A stretch of DNA of 35,948 nucleotides from a virus. The DNA lies in IMG/VR virus record IMGVR_UViG_3300029588_000018, positions 1 through 35,948 of that record; one strand, written 5' to 3'. This document shows, piece after piece, positions 24,232 to 33,251 of this stretch. A program made the translations under genes and the position numbers. Below the pieces are notes generated by a model. That model saw only the letters and a program-made list of their open reading frames with translations. It was not told where the DNA came from and did not search any database. How positions within the stretch are numbered: position 1 is the first letter of the stretch; each line of letters begins with the position of its first letter.

Positions 24232-24773
24232 CGGAACGGTTCTCCCCATTTTTCACAGACTTTAGAACCTGGGTCCGAGTTGACAGCGTTATACAAGATA
24301 ACGCAATACCAGAGGAGCTGAAGCTGCCCGTTATTTGTGATCTAATAGGAATCAATCCGTTCGCTTTTAAAGGTGATCAGAAAGACCTATGGGATGCGAT
24401 AATGGGCTTTTATTTTTGCAACAAAAAGCCTAAGGAATCTTATGCCAAGACAAACGGACGACAAGGCTATCGATTCGAATACGATATGGACCTTATATAT
24501 GCAGCGTTTAGACAGCAATACAACATAAACCTTTTAGACGCTAAACTTCATTGGTTTGAATTCAAGGCGCTTTTTAATGCTCTAGGCGACGACACCATGA
24601 TCATACGCGTTATTGGATACAGGACCAGAGACACTTCAAACCTAAAAGGGGAAGAGAAGAGTCATGCGCAGCGCCTAGAAAAGTATTACCGCCTGCCTGA
24701 GGACAAAGGACCAGAAAAGGAAAGAACACCGCAAGAAATAGAAACAGAACTTCTGGCCAGATTAGAAATCTAG
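24185..24773 (+). pseudogene. Gp15-like tail assembly protein with its reading frame interrupted at a T5 run
   Basis: ATG 24185 (after GGAGGT) reads MLWLKREDLPESVDVNGTVLPIF and stops at 24263-24265. The +1 frame continues TDFRTWVRVDSVIQDNAIPEELKL... to 24773. The frames join at TTTTT, 24249-24253. The joined N-terminus fits the Gp15-family pattern V-V-G---PI-TDFR. Confidence 0.55.
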
Positions 24774-24785
24774 GAGGCTGAAAAA

Positions 24786-27371
24786 ATGGCATCAGGAGCT
24801 GATGGAACAATTAAAGTCAAATTAGGACTTGACGACAGCGAATACAAAAGCGGCCTTAGCGGAGCGCATAAAAGTGCGGAAAGCTTCGCAGACAAAGTGA
24901 AGTCAACCTTCGTAGGCGCAACGGTATTCAAAGCCGCCAGCAAAGGTTGGGACTTAATATCTGGATCAATCGGAAAAGCAACCGCCCGATTAGATGCCAT
25001 GCAAAAAGCTAAACAAGTTATAGGAGTTTTAGCAGGAAGCAGCAAAAAAGCTGCGAAGGTTGTAAATGAACTAAGTGACGCGGTATCCGATACGGCATAC
25101 GGATTAGACACCGCTTCGAGTTCGACTCAAAAGCTAGCCACATCAGGATTAGGCTTAGACAAATCTACCCGAATGGTAAAGGACATGATGGATGCCGTTT
25201 CCTTCTATGGAGACGGAACCAATGAAACCCTGGCCAATACAGTAGATGCAATCGCAAAGATGAACGCCAGTGGAAAAATATCTGCAGATCAATGGCAACG
25301 TTTAACTGACGCAGGAATTCCCGTTTTAAAGATTTTCGCAGAAAAGACAGGGAAGAGCATGGGAGAAGTTTCGGACGCATTCTCTACCGGAAAAATTAGT
25401 GCGCAAGAATTTAATGACGTTTTGATGGACGCACTAGAAAACGGAACTGAATCCTTCCCAGCTGTAGCTGGAAAAGCTAAGGAAATGGCCGGAAGTTTTG
25501 CAACTAGCTTTTCAAATATGTCAGCACGTATCGCAATCGGTATAGCTAACATCATTACAGCGTTCAATGACTTTTTAGCGGATAACAGCTTGCCAACAAT
25601 TCAAGAAATGATTGCAAACTTCGGGTCCGTAATCAAAAACGGATTAAATTGGATTGCAGAAGAAATACCGAAAGCGTTGAACGCACTGAAAGATTTTTTC
25701 GCGCCAACAGCGGAAGCAATCAAAGCGGCAACAGAGAAGATTCAAGAGGCCTGGAACAGCGTGCGAGAAACTATCGCGCAGAAACTAGACTCTAATGATT
25801 CCCTAGACTTTGTAAAGAGCGGATTGGAAAGAATCAGAGATATTCTGCCGATTCTTGTAGAAAAAGTAGGAGAGTTCGTCGCAGCGTTTATCGAGAAGCT
25901 TCCAGACATTATAGACAAAGTACAAACTGTAGCAGATAAGATTCAGGAGCTAATGCCTTTAATTGCAGCCGTAGCCGGAGCCTTTGCAGCCTGGGAAGGA
26001 ATCAAAGCTGTAAGTAATATCGCGAAAACAATCGGTGACGCTGGAAAGAAGATCAAGACATTCGGACATTTAGTATCACAAGGCTCTGGATTGATTGATG
26101 GCCTAGCCTACGCCGCATCATCAGGAACAGGCGTGATTGCAAGTATGGCCGAAGCCTTTACACTAGCCGGCGGAGGACTTTCTGGATTAAGCGCAGCTCT
26201 TGGAGTAATCGGTGGACCTATCACACTGGTGGTCGTAGCTATCGGAGCATTAGTAGCGGCTTTCGTATATCTTTGGAATACCAGCGACAGCTTCAGAGAA
26301 TTCTGGATCAATCTATGGAAAGGCATAAAGGAAACTACAGGCCAAGTCATAGATGGAATCGTAAACTTCTTTACAGTAACAATTCCAGAGGCGTGCCAAA
26401 GTTTCGTGGAAGCAGCACAGAACCTGGCTACACAAGTAGTTCAATTCTTTACGATTACCATTCCAAACGGCGTACAAACGCTTGTGACGAACATTCAAAC
26501 GTTTTTCGGATCAACGATACCTTACTGGATCGGATACGCCGTAGGATACATTCTAGGAAAGTTCGTAGAGTGGGGTTTAAGACTTGTACAATTCGCGACG
26601 CAAGACATTCCGCAGTTTATATCGAAAGTAGTGGATTGGTTTAAGCAGCTACCAGGCCAGATCTGGACTTGGCTACTAAACACAATCAACAAAACAGCTG
26701 AATGGGTAAGCCAGATGATCCAGAAAGCGATTCAGGCAGGGCGTGACTTTGTATCAAATGCGATCAACTTTATTTCACAATTACCCGGTAATGTATGGAC
26801 ATGGCTATCAAATACGATCAGCAATGCCGCAAGTTTTGCAAGTCAGTTTGTACAGCAAGCGATTCAAGCAGGACAGAATTTCTTTAGCGGGATTGTAAAC
26901 AAGGTAAAGGAAATACCGGGACAGATGCTATCTATTGGCTCGGATATAGTAGGTGGAATTAAACGAGGAATCAGCAACGCATGGAGCGGATTGACTGGAT
27001 GGCTTGGAAACATGGCTAAGGGCCTTATTGACGGTGTAAAAGGTGCCTTAGGGATCGGGTCGCCTTCAAGACTGTTCGCAGATCGTATTGGTAAATGGAT
27101 TCCGGCCGGAATCACGCTAGGCGTAGAAAGAGCTATGCCAAAGGCTAAGGCCTTTATGGGACGCATGTCTAGTGATTTACTAGAAGCGGCTAACATGGAC
27201 AGCCTAACTTCAAGATTGGCTTTAGAAGGCAATCCTGGAGGCCTAGGAAGCAGCTTAGGCAATACAGTCGTCTATCAAGTAGATCAGACTATAAATTCAG
27301 CGAAGGAGCTAAGACCTAGCGAAATTGCGCAAGAAACAGAAAGAATGGTTAGGAGGTTAGCATGGGCGTAA
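24786..27371 (+). CDS. tail tape measure protein
   Basis: 861 aa and the longest gene. It has an alpha-helical N-terminal domain, glycine-rich hydrophobic segments (AAVAGAFAAWEGI, GGPITLVVVAIGALVAAFVY) and internal 44-aa repeats. Confidence 0.9.
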   Translation: MASGADGTIKVKLGLDDSEYKSGLSGAHKSAESFADKVKSTFVGATVFKAASKGWDLISGSIGKATARLDAMQKAKQVIGVLAGSSKKAAKVVNELSDAVSDTAYGLDTASSSTQKLATSGLGLDKSTRMVKDMMDAVSFYGDGTNETLANTVDAIAKMNASGKISADQWQRLTDAGIPVLKIFAEKTGKSMGEVSDAFSTGKISAQEFNDVLMDALENGTESFPAVAGKAKEMAGSFATSFSNMSARIAIGIANIITAFNDFLADNSLPTIQEMIANFGSVIKNGLNWIAEEIPKALNALKDFFAPTAEAIKAATEKIQEAWNSVRETIAQKLDSNDSLDFVKSGLERIRDILPILVEKVGEFVAAFIEKLPDIIDKVQTVADKIQELMPLIAAVAGAFAAWEGIKAVSNIAKTIGDAGKKIKTFGHLVSQGSGLIDGLAYAASSGTGVIASMAEAFTLAGGGLSGLSAALGVIGGPITLVVVAIGALVAAFVYLWNTSDSFREFWINLWKGIKETTGQVIDGIVNFFTVTIPEACQSFVEAAQNLATQVVQFFTITIPNGVQTLVTNIQTFFGSTIPYWIGYAVGYILGKFVEWGLRLVQFATQDIPQFISKVVDWFKQLPGQIWTWLLNTINKTAEWVSQMIQKAIQAGRDFVSNAINFISQLPGNVWTWLSNTISNAASFASQFVQQAIQAGQNFFSGIVNKVKEIPGQMLSIGSDIVGGIKRGISNAWSGLTGWLGNMAKGLIDGVKGALGIGSPSRLFADRIGKWIPAGITLGVERAMPKAKAFMGRMSSDLLEAANMDSLTSRLALEGNPGGLGSSLGNTVVYQVDQTINSAKELRPSEIAQETERMVRRLAWA
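26646..26925 (+). repeat. tandem 132-nt (44-aa) repeats inside the tape measure gene
   Basis: QLPGQIWTWLLNTINKTAEWVSQMIQKAIQAGRDFVSNAINFIS is followed by QLPGNVWTWLSNTISNAASFASQFVQQAIQAGQNFFSGIVNKVK, and then EIPGQ begins a third unit. The units start at 26646, 26778 and 26910. Confidence 0.7.
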
Positions 27372-28234
27372 CAGTAATATACACAAACAGCCTGGGGAAA
27401 TCAGTTGAGTTTTCCGAGGCCTCAGGCATCCGACTAACAACACTAGACGGAATCTCTAAAAATGAGATCACTTTATCAGAATCAAGCGTTTCAAATCAAA
27501 TAGGGACAACGGTGTCCGGGGCTTCTATTGAGCCCAAGGACATCACCCTAGAGGGGCGCTTTAAATACAACGCAGACACTAGAAAAAGACTTCTAGCGGT
27601 AATCCTTCCTGGAGTATCAGCAACACTGCGTTATATCAACACAAGAGCCGGAGTCGATGTATACTGGAAGGTTGAACCTAAAACGACGCCAATTATCACA
27701 CTCAATGAAACCTGGCAGAAATTCCAGATTGTATTGAGAGCCCCATTCCCATACGCAAGACGTGCAAAGGAAACAAAGGTGACTTTCCAGAGATTGAGGT
27801 CGCTCTTTAAATTTCCTCGCTCTTTTTCAAATACAGAGCCCTGGAAAATATCAGAAAAAATTCTAAGTCCACTGGTAACAGTCGACTATAAGGGGAGTAT
27901 AAACACAGGCTTCCTTTTGACTATGAAAGCGGAGGCAAAAGTGAAGAATCCGAAAATTCTAAACGTGTTTACTCAGGAGCATATAGCCTTCGGACAAGTA
28001 GCAGACCTAGAAATGAATTTAGGTGACGTGCTAGAAATAAGTACTTTCGCAAACGAGCAATACTGCCACTTGATACGAAACGGAGAAGTAGAAAATATTT
28101 TCTGGATGACAGACTACGATTCCGAGTTTTTCCAGATTCAACCAGGAGAAAACGTACTGAAATATACAGCAGAGGAAAACCCCGGAAGCCTGGATGCACT
28201 TCTACGGTTTGAAGAAGTACTGGCGGGGGTATAG
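27362..28234 (+). CDS. distal tail protein (Dit)
   Basis: 290 aa, directly after and overlapping the end of the tape measure gene. Confidence 0.7.
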   Translation: MGVTVIYTNSLGKSVEFSEASGIRLTTLDGISKNEITLSESSVSNQIGTTVSGASIEPKDITLEGRFKYNADTRKRLLAVILPGVSATLRYINTRAGVDVYWKVEPKTTPIITLNETWQKFQIVLRAPFPYARRAKETKVTFQRLRSLFKFPRSFSNTEPWKISEKILSPLVTVDYKGSINTGFLLTMKAEAKVKNPKILNVFTQEHIAFGQVADLEMNLGDVLEISTFANEQYCHLIRNGEVENIFWMTDYDSEFFQIQPGENVLKYTAEENPGSLDALLRFEEVLAGV

Positions 28235-28236
28235 AT

Positions 28237-29292
28237 ATGCACTATTATGTTTACGACAGAGAAGGAAAACGACAAGGGCCGCTCCAGAACATAACCAGCG
28301 TGCAATGGAACCCAAAATATTATGAAACAGGAAAAGCTGAGATTCATGTGGAATATACGGACTTCAATACAAGATATCTACAGAAATGGAACCGAATCGT
28401 TTGCAAGGAAAGAAACGAGATTCTCTTTATAGAATCCGTAGAAAGACTTGCAAAAGAAATTGTAGTACTCGGTCATATGGACAATTTGGAGGACCGTATA
28501 AACCTCTATACCTTGACCGTTCGAAATGTAGAACAATCGTTACTCGGTAATTTTGAAAAGAACAAGCGCGGATTGGATATAGTAATCGGAAAGAATACAG
28601 GCCTTCCCGGAAAACTTGAGAACGCATCCGACACAACATACGACACGCTCAGGACCATGGCTCAGAAATACTGCCATCTAGTAGGCTACGGATACAGAGA
28701 AGTTCTAAAAGGGACTACACTGAATTACTTCGAAATCTATACTGGATCAACAAAAAGCAAGTTGAGGTTTTCGAATAGACTCGGAAACCTAATCTCGCAG
28801 ACTTTTATCGAGGATATATCAGGGTATAAAAACTATGCTTACGTGTACGGAGAAGAATCTGGATCAGGCCGAAAAAGCGCGATCGTAGATCTTCGAATAG
28901 GAGACGAGCCGAGAATGGAACTGTATGTGGATGCCAGAGATTTGCAGTCTACATATACTGATGCATCAGGTAACGAGCAAACCTATACGGAAGAAGCATA
29001 CAGCAATTTGCTAAAAGAGAGGGGCCTCAATAAGCTAGCAGAGGCTAGAAAAGGCTCCTCTAAATTTGAATTTGAAATTGATGCGGACGACAAGAAGGCC
29101 ATCCTTCAAAAGGACTTTGACCTAGGAGACGTGATACCGTGTCTAAGCTTTAAATTCAATTTATTTACGTTTGCAAGAATCTCAGGCCTTAAGTTTGTAG
29201 AAGAAAGCAATTTACAGACGCAGGTCACCATCGAATTAGAATTTGTAGAGGTTCAAGAAAACGCAACAAAAATGAAAGGAGGGGTCTCATGA
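28237..29292 (+). CDS. Siphovirus Gp37-like tail/baseplate protein
   Basis: The N-terminus MHYYVYDREGKRQGPLQNITSVQWNPKYYETGKAEIH matches the typical start of the Sipho_Gp37 family. It lies after Dit. Confidence 0.65.
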   Translation: MHYYVYDREGKRQGPLQNITSVQWNPKYYETGKAEIHVEYTDFNTRYLQKWNRIVCKERNEILFIESVERLAKEIVVLGHMDNLEDRINLYTLTVRNVEQSLLGNFEKNKRGLDIVIGKNTGLPGKLENASDTTYDTLRTMAQKYCHLVGYGYREVLKGTTLNYFEIYTGSTKSKLRFSNRLGNLISQTFIEDISGYKNYAYVYGEESGSGRKSAIVDLRIGDEPRMELYVDARDLQSTYTDASGNEQTYTEEAYSNLLKERGLNKLAEARKGSSKFEFEIDADDKKAILQKDFDLGDVIPCLSFKFNLFTFARISGLKFVEESNLQTQVTIELEFVEVQENATKMKGGVS

Positions 29293-30059
29293 CAGCATAC
29301 CCTTTAGACAACACGGAATATCTGGCAGAAGATCTGCGGATGTTCCACGCCGGGCGAACACCTGGCCTTTTTAATATCACCGGTGAAGACTTCGAAGTAA
29401 GAACTGCCGGCGGTATGAATATATCAGTCAGTAACGGGCTCGCCTTTTTAAAGACATCCAGCGACGGAATAGGTGGTATCGTTTACTCGCCTAAAGTCGA
29501 AACTACCCTAACAGCTACCGTCGCTACGAACTACACTAGATACGACTACGTGGCCATTCGATATGATAAGATCAGCAATTCATGCGGTCTTGTATATCAG
29601 AAAGGAACACAGTCAATGCCTACGCCTATTCGAAATCTAGAAGAATACGAGCTAATCATTGCGATTGTAGCTTTAAAGGCATCAGCTGGAGAAATCACGC
29701 AAGAAATGATTCAGGACGTAAGACTTGACGAAAACTACTGCGGTCTAACGGTTGATACTTTAACGCGAGTACCAACACAAGAACTATATGATCAATTCCA
29801 AAGTTTCTATGAAAGAATCCAGAAAGAAAATGAGGACACTCAATACGCCAACGGCGAGAAATTCAGAAAATGGTTCGAATCTTTAGAAGAAACACTTCAG
29901 GGTGAAGTCGCAACGGCACTAGCTGGCCGCATTCTAAACCTTGAAAACATGCTTCTGGACAATCACATTTATACAGAGCTTCAAGTTGACGTGGACAACA
30001 CTCTAACCGACGAAGAGGGCACAAATATATTTGCGGACTGGAAGTATCAGGTTCAGTAG
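29289..30059 (+). CDS. tail tip / fibre-associated structural protein
   Basis: 256 aa, ATGA overlap with the upstream gene. The C-terminal NHIYTELQVDVDNTLTDEEGTNIFADWKYQVQ is repeated in the 31283..31528 product. Confidence 0.5.
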   Translation: MTAYPLDNTEYLAEDLRMFHAGRTPGLFNITGEDFEVRTAGGMNISVSNGLAFLKTSSDGIGGIVYSPKVETTLTATVATNYTRYDYVAIRYDKISNSCGLVYQKGTQSMPTPIRNLEEYELIIAIVALKASAGEITQEMIQDVRLDENYCGLTVDTLTRVPTQELYDQFQSFYERIQKENEDTQYANGEKFRKWFESLEETLQGEVATALAGRILNLENMLLDNHIYTELQVDVDNTLTDEEGTNIFADWKYQVQ

Positions 30060-30067
30060 GTAAGATC

Positions 30068-30367
30068 ATGAGACAAGGGACAACACCAACTCTGGTCATT
30101 CACACATCAGGACTTGAGCTAGAGAAACTAACAAGTCTATATTTAACGATTGAACAGAACGGGACTATTCTAACAAAAAGAATGGAAGACCTAGTGATTG
30201 AGGAAAATACTGTGGCCGTAACGCTAACCCAGGAAGAGACACTTCAATTTATACCTGGACGATATCAGGTACAAATTCGAGCTATCACCGAAGAAGGAAC
30301 GGTTATAGCTTCCCCAATTCTAACCCGTCCTGTTTTTCCGGTTTTATATAAGGAAATCATAGAATGA
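30068..30367 (+). CDS. hypothetical small structural protein
   Basis: 99 aa starting MRQGTTPTLVIHT. It sits within the fibre cluster. Confidence 0.45.
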   Translation: MRQGTTPTLVIHTSGLELEKLTSLYLTIEQNGTILTKRMEDLVIEENTVAVTLTQEETLQFIPGRYQVQIRAITEEGTVIASPILTRPVFPVLYKEIIE

Positions 30368-30657
30368 TGAAAGATGAATTTAGTATCAATCTAGCCGAGG
30401 AAAACGAAAGCCTGGGGTTTGATTTAAAAGAGCAATACGTCGCAGGAACAAGCGACTACAACAAACTGAAAAACAAGCCAACTCTAAACGGTAAAGAGAT
30501 CATAGGAGCTATGGAAGAAGAGGACCCAACAGTTCCAGCATGGGCGAAAACAGAGACAAGACCGGTATATACACCGGAGGATATTGGAGCTATGGCAGAT
30601 GGCTCTGTAACTTCGGTATCAACAAATGAATTAGATGAAATATGGAATAGTTTATAA
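30364..30657 (+). CDS. short tail-fibre-like protein
   Basis: SDYNKLKNKPTLNGKEIIG is a common fibre motif. The C-terminal VTSVSTNELDEIW parallels the end of the next gene. Confidence 0.5.
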   Translation: MMKDEFSINLAEENESLGFDLKEQYVAGTSDYNKLKNKPTLNGKEIIGAMEEEDPTVPAWAKTETRPVYTPEDIGAMADGSVTSVSTNELDEIWNSL

Positions 30658-30670
30658 GGAGGAAAAAAGA

Positions 30671-31279
30671 ATGGCTATTGAATATTTAGATAAGAGTGGA
30701 TTAACTCTATTAATCAGCAAAATTAAAACTGCATTAGGTGGAAAAGTTGATGTGGAAAGCGGCAAAGGCTTATCGACAAATGACTATACAAGCGAAGAAA
30801 AAAGCAAATTAAGTGGTATCGCAAGTGGTGCTCAAGCGAATGTGATTGAGTCTGTAAAGGTTAACGGTACAAAGGTTGAGCCAAGCTCAAAAGCTGTAGA
30901 TATTTCAGTGCCAACAAAGGTATCACAATTAGCAAATGACAGCGGCTTTCAAAATGCTACACAGGTTAATTCAACGATTACAGGAAAAGGATATCAAACG
31001 CAATCACAAGTACAATCATTGATTAATTCGGCAGTAGGAAACATCGCATCTATTAAGTATGAAAAGGTAAGTTCATTACCTGTTACAGGATCGAATAGCG
31101 TTATCTATTTAGTTGCACATTCGCATGGAACGCAAGATATTTATGATGAGTATATTTGGATTGCAGACACTAAAACGTTTGAAAAGATTGGTAATACAGA
31201 TATTGATTTATCGGGATATGTTAAGAAGTCAGAATTAACTGCAATCAGTACATCAGATTTAAGCACAATGTGGGGTTAG
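30671..31279 (+). CDS. tail fibre protein
   Basis: GKGLSTNDYTSEEKSKLSGIASGAQANV is a classical fibre repeat motif. ATG 30671 follows AAGGAGG, so the ORF-track start at 30635 is unlikely. The C-terminus reads LTAISTSDLSTMWG. Confidence 0.6.
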   Translation: MAIEYLDKSGLTLLISKIKTALGGKVDVESGKGLSTNDYTSEEKSKLSGIASGAQANVIESVKVNGTKVEPSSKAVDISVPTKVSQLANDSGFQNATQVNSTITGKGYQTQSQVQSLINSAVGNIASIKYEKVSSLPVTGSNSVIYLVAHSHGTQDIYDEYIWIADTKTFEKIGNTDIDLSGYVKKSELTAISTSDLSTMWG

Positions 31280-31282
31280 CAT

Positions 31283-31528
31283 ATGGCTTTCGTATTCAAA
31301 GACAAAGCTTCTATTCAGTGGCTTGTCGATAGAATAAAGTCTGTAACCACATCACATAACGCATTGAATCAAATGGTGATGAATAATCACTTTACTACAA
31401 ACTTGAATGCTACAAGCGCTCAAGATTTAGTAGATGAAAAAGGAAATACAATCTTAGCCGATTGGTCTTATGAAGTAGCAAGTGGAGTAGTCGGCACGGA
31501 TTGGACATATAAAGTCAAGGAGGAATAG
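31283..31528 (+). CDS. small fibre-associated protein, homologous to the C-terminus of the 29289..30059 product
   Basis: The sequence NHFTTNLNATSAQDLVDEKGNTILADWSYEV here matches the sequence NHIYTELQVDVDNTLTDEEGTNIFADWKYQV in the larger protein. Confidence 0.45.
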   Translation: MAFVFKDKASIQWLVDRIKSVTTSHNALNQMVMNNHFTTNLNATSAQDLVDEKGNTILADWSYEVASGVVGTDWTYKVKEE

Positions 31529-31531
31529 AGA

Positions 31532-32431
31532 ATGCCAGGGAAGCAAGTAACAGAATTAGACGCATTGCCCAGTTTCACGGATACAAGCTTATTGCCTGTG
31601 CACAATGGCGCAGGATTGAAAAAAGGAAAATTATCGCAACTAGCTAATTATTTAGGAACAAAATTCAGTAATCCGAATTTATTGATTAATCCGGATTTTA
31701 AAATCAATCAAAGAGGAAACAGTACTTACAGTTCTACAAATTCAAAAAAAATATATACTGTTGATAGATGGAATATTTATAACGCTAATCTGAATGCGTC
31801 AACAAAAGTGTTGACAAATCCAAATTCAAGCAGTGGACAATTTAAACAAACTTTAGAACTCCCTCTAATAGGAACATATACAGTAACAATTAAGGCTTCA
31901 AGAGTAAGCGGCAATGTGCATTTCTTTATAAATGAGAATGGCACTAATATTATTGATAAAAGCATTGTATCCGGATTGAATACCGTAACATTTACGTCAA
32001 CAAAAGGGGTTTCGGAAGTTGGCGTTTTAATTTCAAGTGAAGCTTCATTGCAGATAGATTATGTAAAACTAGAAGAGGGTGCAGTCGCAACTGCATATAC
32101 TGCTCCTAGCGCTATAGAAGAGTATCCGAAGTGTCAAAGATATTTTCAATATATCCCAAAATTGTATTGTGTACCACTTGTTTATACGAGAGATTTAATT
32201 AGTGTTTCAGAAAAATTCTTTCAAGCGACAAGTGGTAATTTACCTACAGAAATGAGAATAACGCCGACATTGACATATAAAGCACTAGGCCAAAGCGATA
32301 ATTCTACATTTACTGGAAGTGCTTCTTTTGAACTTACTAGTAAATCAATTGATACAATTACTCTTGACCGTGCAATAAGCAACTTCACAATCACTATCAA
32401 TGGTATAACTCTAGACGCAGAAATTTATTAG
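31532..32431 (+). CDS. putative receptor-binding protein
   Basis: 299 aa. The N-terminal anchoring-type segment reads MPGKQVTELDALPSFTDTSLLPVHNGAGLKKGKLSQLANYL and is followed by a beta-rich C-terminal part. It is the last large structural gene. Confidence 0.5.
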   Translation: MPGKQVTELDALPSFTDTSLLPVHNGAGLKKGKLSQLANYLGTKFSNPNLLINPDFKINQRGNSTYSSTNSKKIYTVDRWNIYNANLNASTKVLTNPNSSSGQFKQTLELPLIGTYTVTIKASRVSGNVHFFINENGTNIIDKSIVSGLNTVTFTSTKGVSEVGVLISSEASLQIDYVKLEEGAVATAYTAPSAIEEYPKCQRYFQYIPKLYCVPLVYTRDLISVSEKFFQATSGNLPTEMRITPTLTYKALGQSDNSTFTGSASFELTSKSIDTITLDRAISNFTITINGITLDAEIY

Positions 32432-32440
32432 GAGGAAGCT

Positions 32441-32791
32441 ATGGAGAACGAATATAAAGTATACGTATCCTTACAAGATGGATACATCACATCTATTAAT
32501 TCAGGAATCTTTTTATCACAAGAAAAAATCTCAACTATGACAGAGATTGACCGAGGACAAGGTGATAAATACGCACACGCACAAAGTCAATACCTAGAAA
32601 AAGGATTAGTTGATGAAAAAGGTCGATACAATTATAAATTTGTAGAAAATGAAGTGGTTGAGGTTACAGATGAAGACAAACCAACTATTGAAGAACCAGA
32701 GCAACAAGCAACAGCACAGGATAAAATTGAAGCGCAAGTCATGTATACAGCCATGATGACAGATACGCTTCTAGAAGAAAACGAGGCTTAA
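32441..32791 (+). CDS. hypothetical protein upstream of XkdX
   Basis: 116 aa with an acidic C-terminal half ending IEAQVMYTAMMTDTLLEENEA. The position matches genes that precede XkdX in PBSX-like lysis-proximal regions. Confidence 0.5.
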   Translation: MENEYKVYVSLQDGYITSINSGIFLSQEKISTMTEIDRGQGDKYAHAQSQYLEKGLVDEKGRYNYKFVENEVVEVTDEDKPTIEEPEQQATAQDKIEAQVMYTAMMTDTLLEENEA

Positions 32792-32794
32792 TTT

Positions 32795-32920
32795 ATGTTT
32801 GAAAAAATCAAAAGATTTTATGATCTAAAACTATATACAGATAAGCAGGTAAGAAAGTTTTGCGAAAAAGGAATCATTACGACTGATCAGTATAAAAAAA
32901 TCACTAGTGAAAACTACTAA
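32795..32920 (+). CDS. XkdX-family small protein (not in the ORF track)
   Basis: MFEKIKRFYDLKLYTDKQVRKFCEKGIITTDQYKKITSENY (41 aa) fits the XkdX pattern Y--G-YT---V--FV-KG-IT--EY--IT. Confidence 0.65.
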   Translation: MFEKIKRFYDLKLYTDKQVRKFCEKGIITTDQYKKITSENY

Positions 32921-32923
32921 AAA

Positions 32924-32945
32924 GGCTAGAATGTCTAGCCTTTTT
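32924..32945 (+). terminator. rho-independent terminator
   Basis: GGCTAGA/TCTAGCC stem with a 3-nt loop, followed by T5. Confidence 0.7.
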
Positions 32946-32970
32946 ATATATGACATAGGAGGAACAAAAA

Positions 32971-33237
32971 ATGGATTTTGCAGAATTAAATAATTATTAT
33001 GTTTTGGTGGTAGTGGTAGCATGCTTGATTGTAGGCTACATTTTAAAAACTTCATTTGAATCATTCCCAAACAAGTACATTCCAACGGTGCTTGCTTTAA
33101 TTGGAATGACATTAAATCTAGCGGTATCAGGTCTTTCGATTGAAAGTGCCGTATATGGAGCACTGATGGGCTTATCTAGCACAGGCATGCATCAAGCATT
33201 TACAAGATTCATCGAAGGCAACACAGAAGAAAAATAA
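32971..33237 (+). CDS. holin (Hol44-like)
   Basis: 88 aa with two or three hydrophobic helices (YYVLVVVVACLIVGYIL, IPTVLALIGMTLNLAV) and GLSSTGMHQ. GGAGG RBS. It lies upstream of the endolysin. Confidence 0.75.
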   Translation: MDFAELNNYYVLVVVVACLIVGYILKTSFESFPNKYIPTVLALIGMTLNLAVSGLSIESAVYGALMGLSSTGMHQAFTRFIEGNTEEK

Positions 33238-33251
33238 AGTAGGTGGTTTGT

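Noticed and set aside
24770-27262. Several alternative-frame and minus-strand ORFs inside the tape measure gene (for example 24770..25111 -, 26273..26644 +, 26864..27262 -)
   Set aside because: All are embedded in the continuous 861-aa tape measure frame, which has characteristic repeats and hydrophobic segments. None has an RBS.
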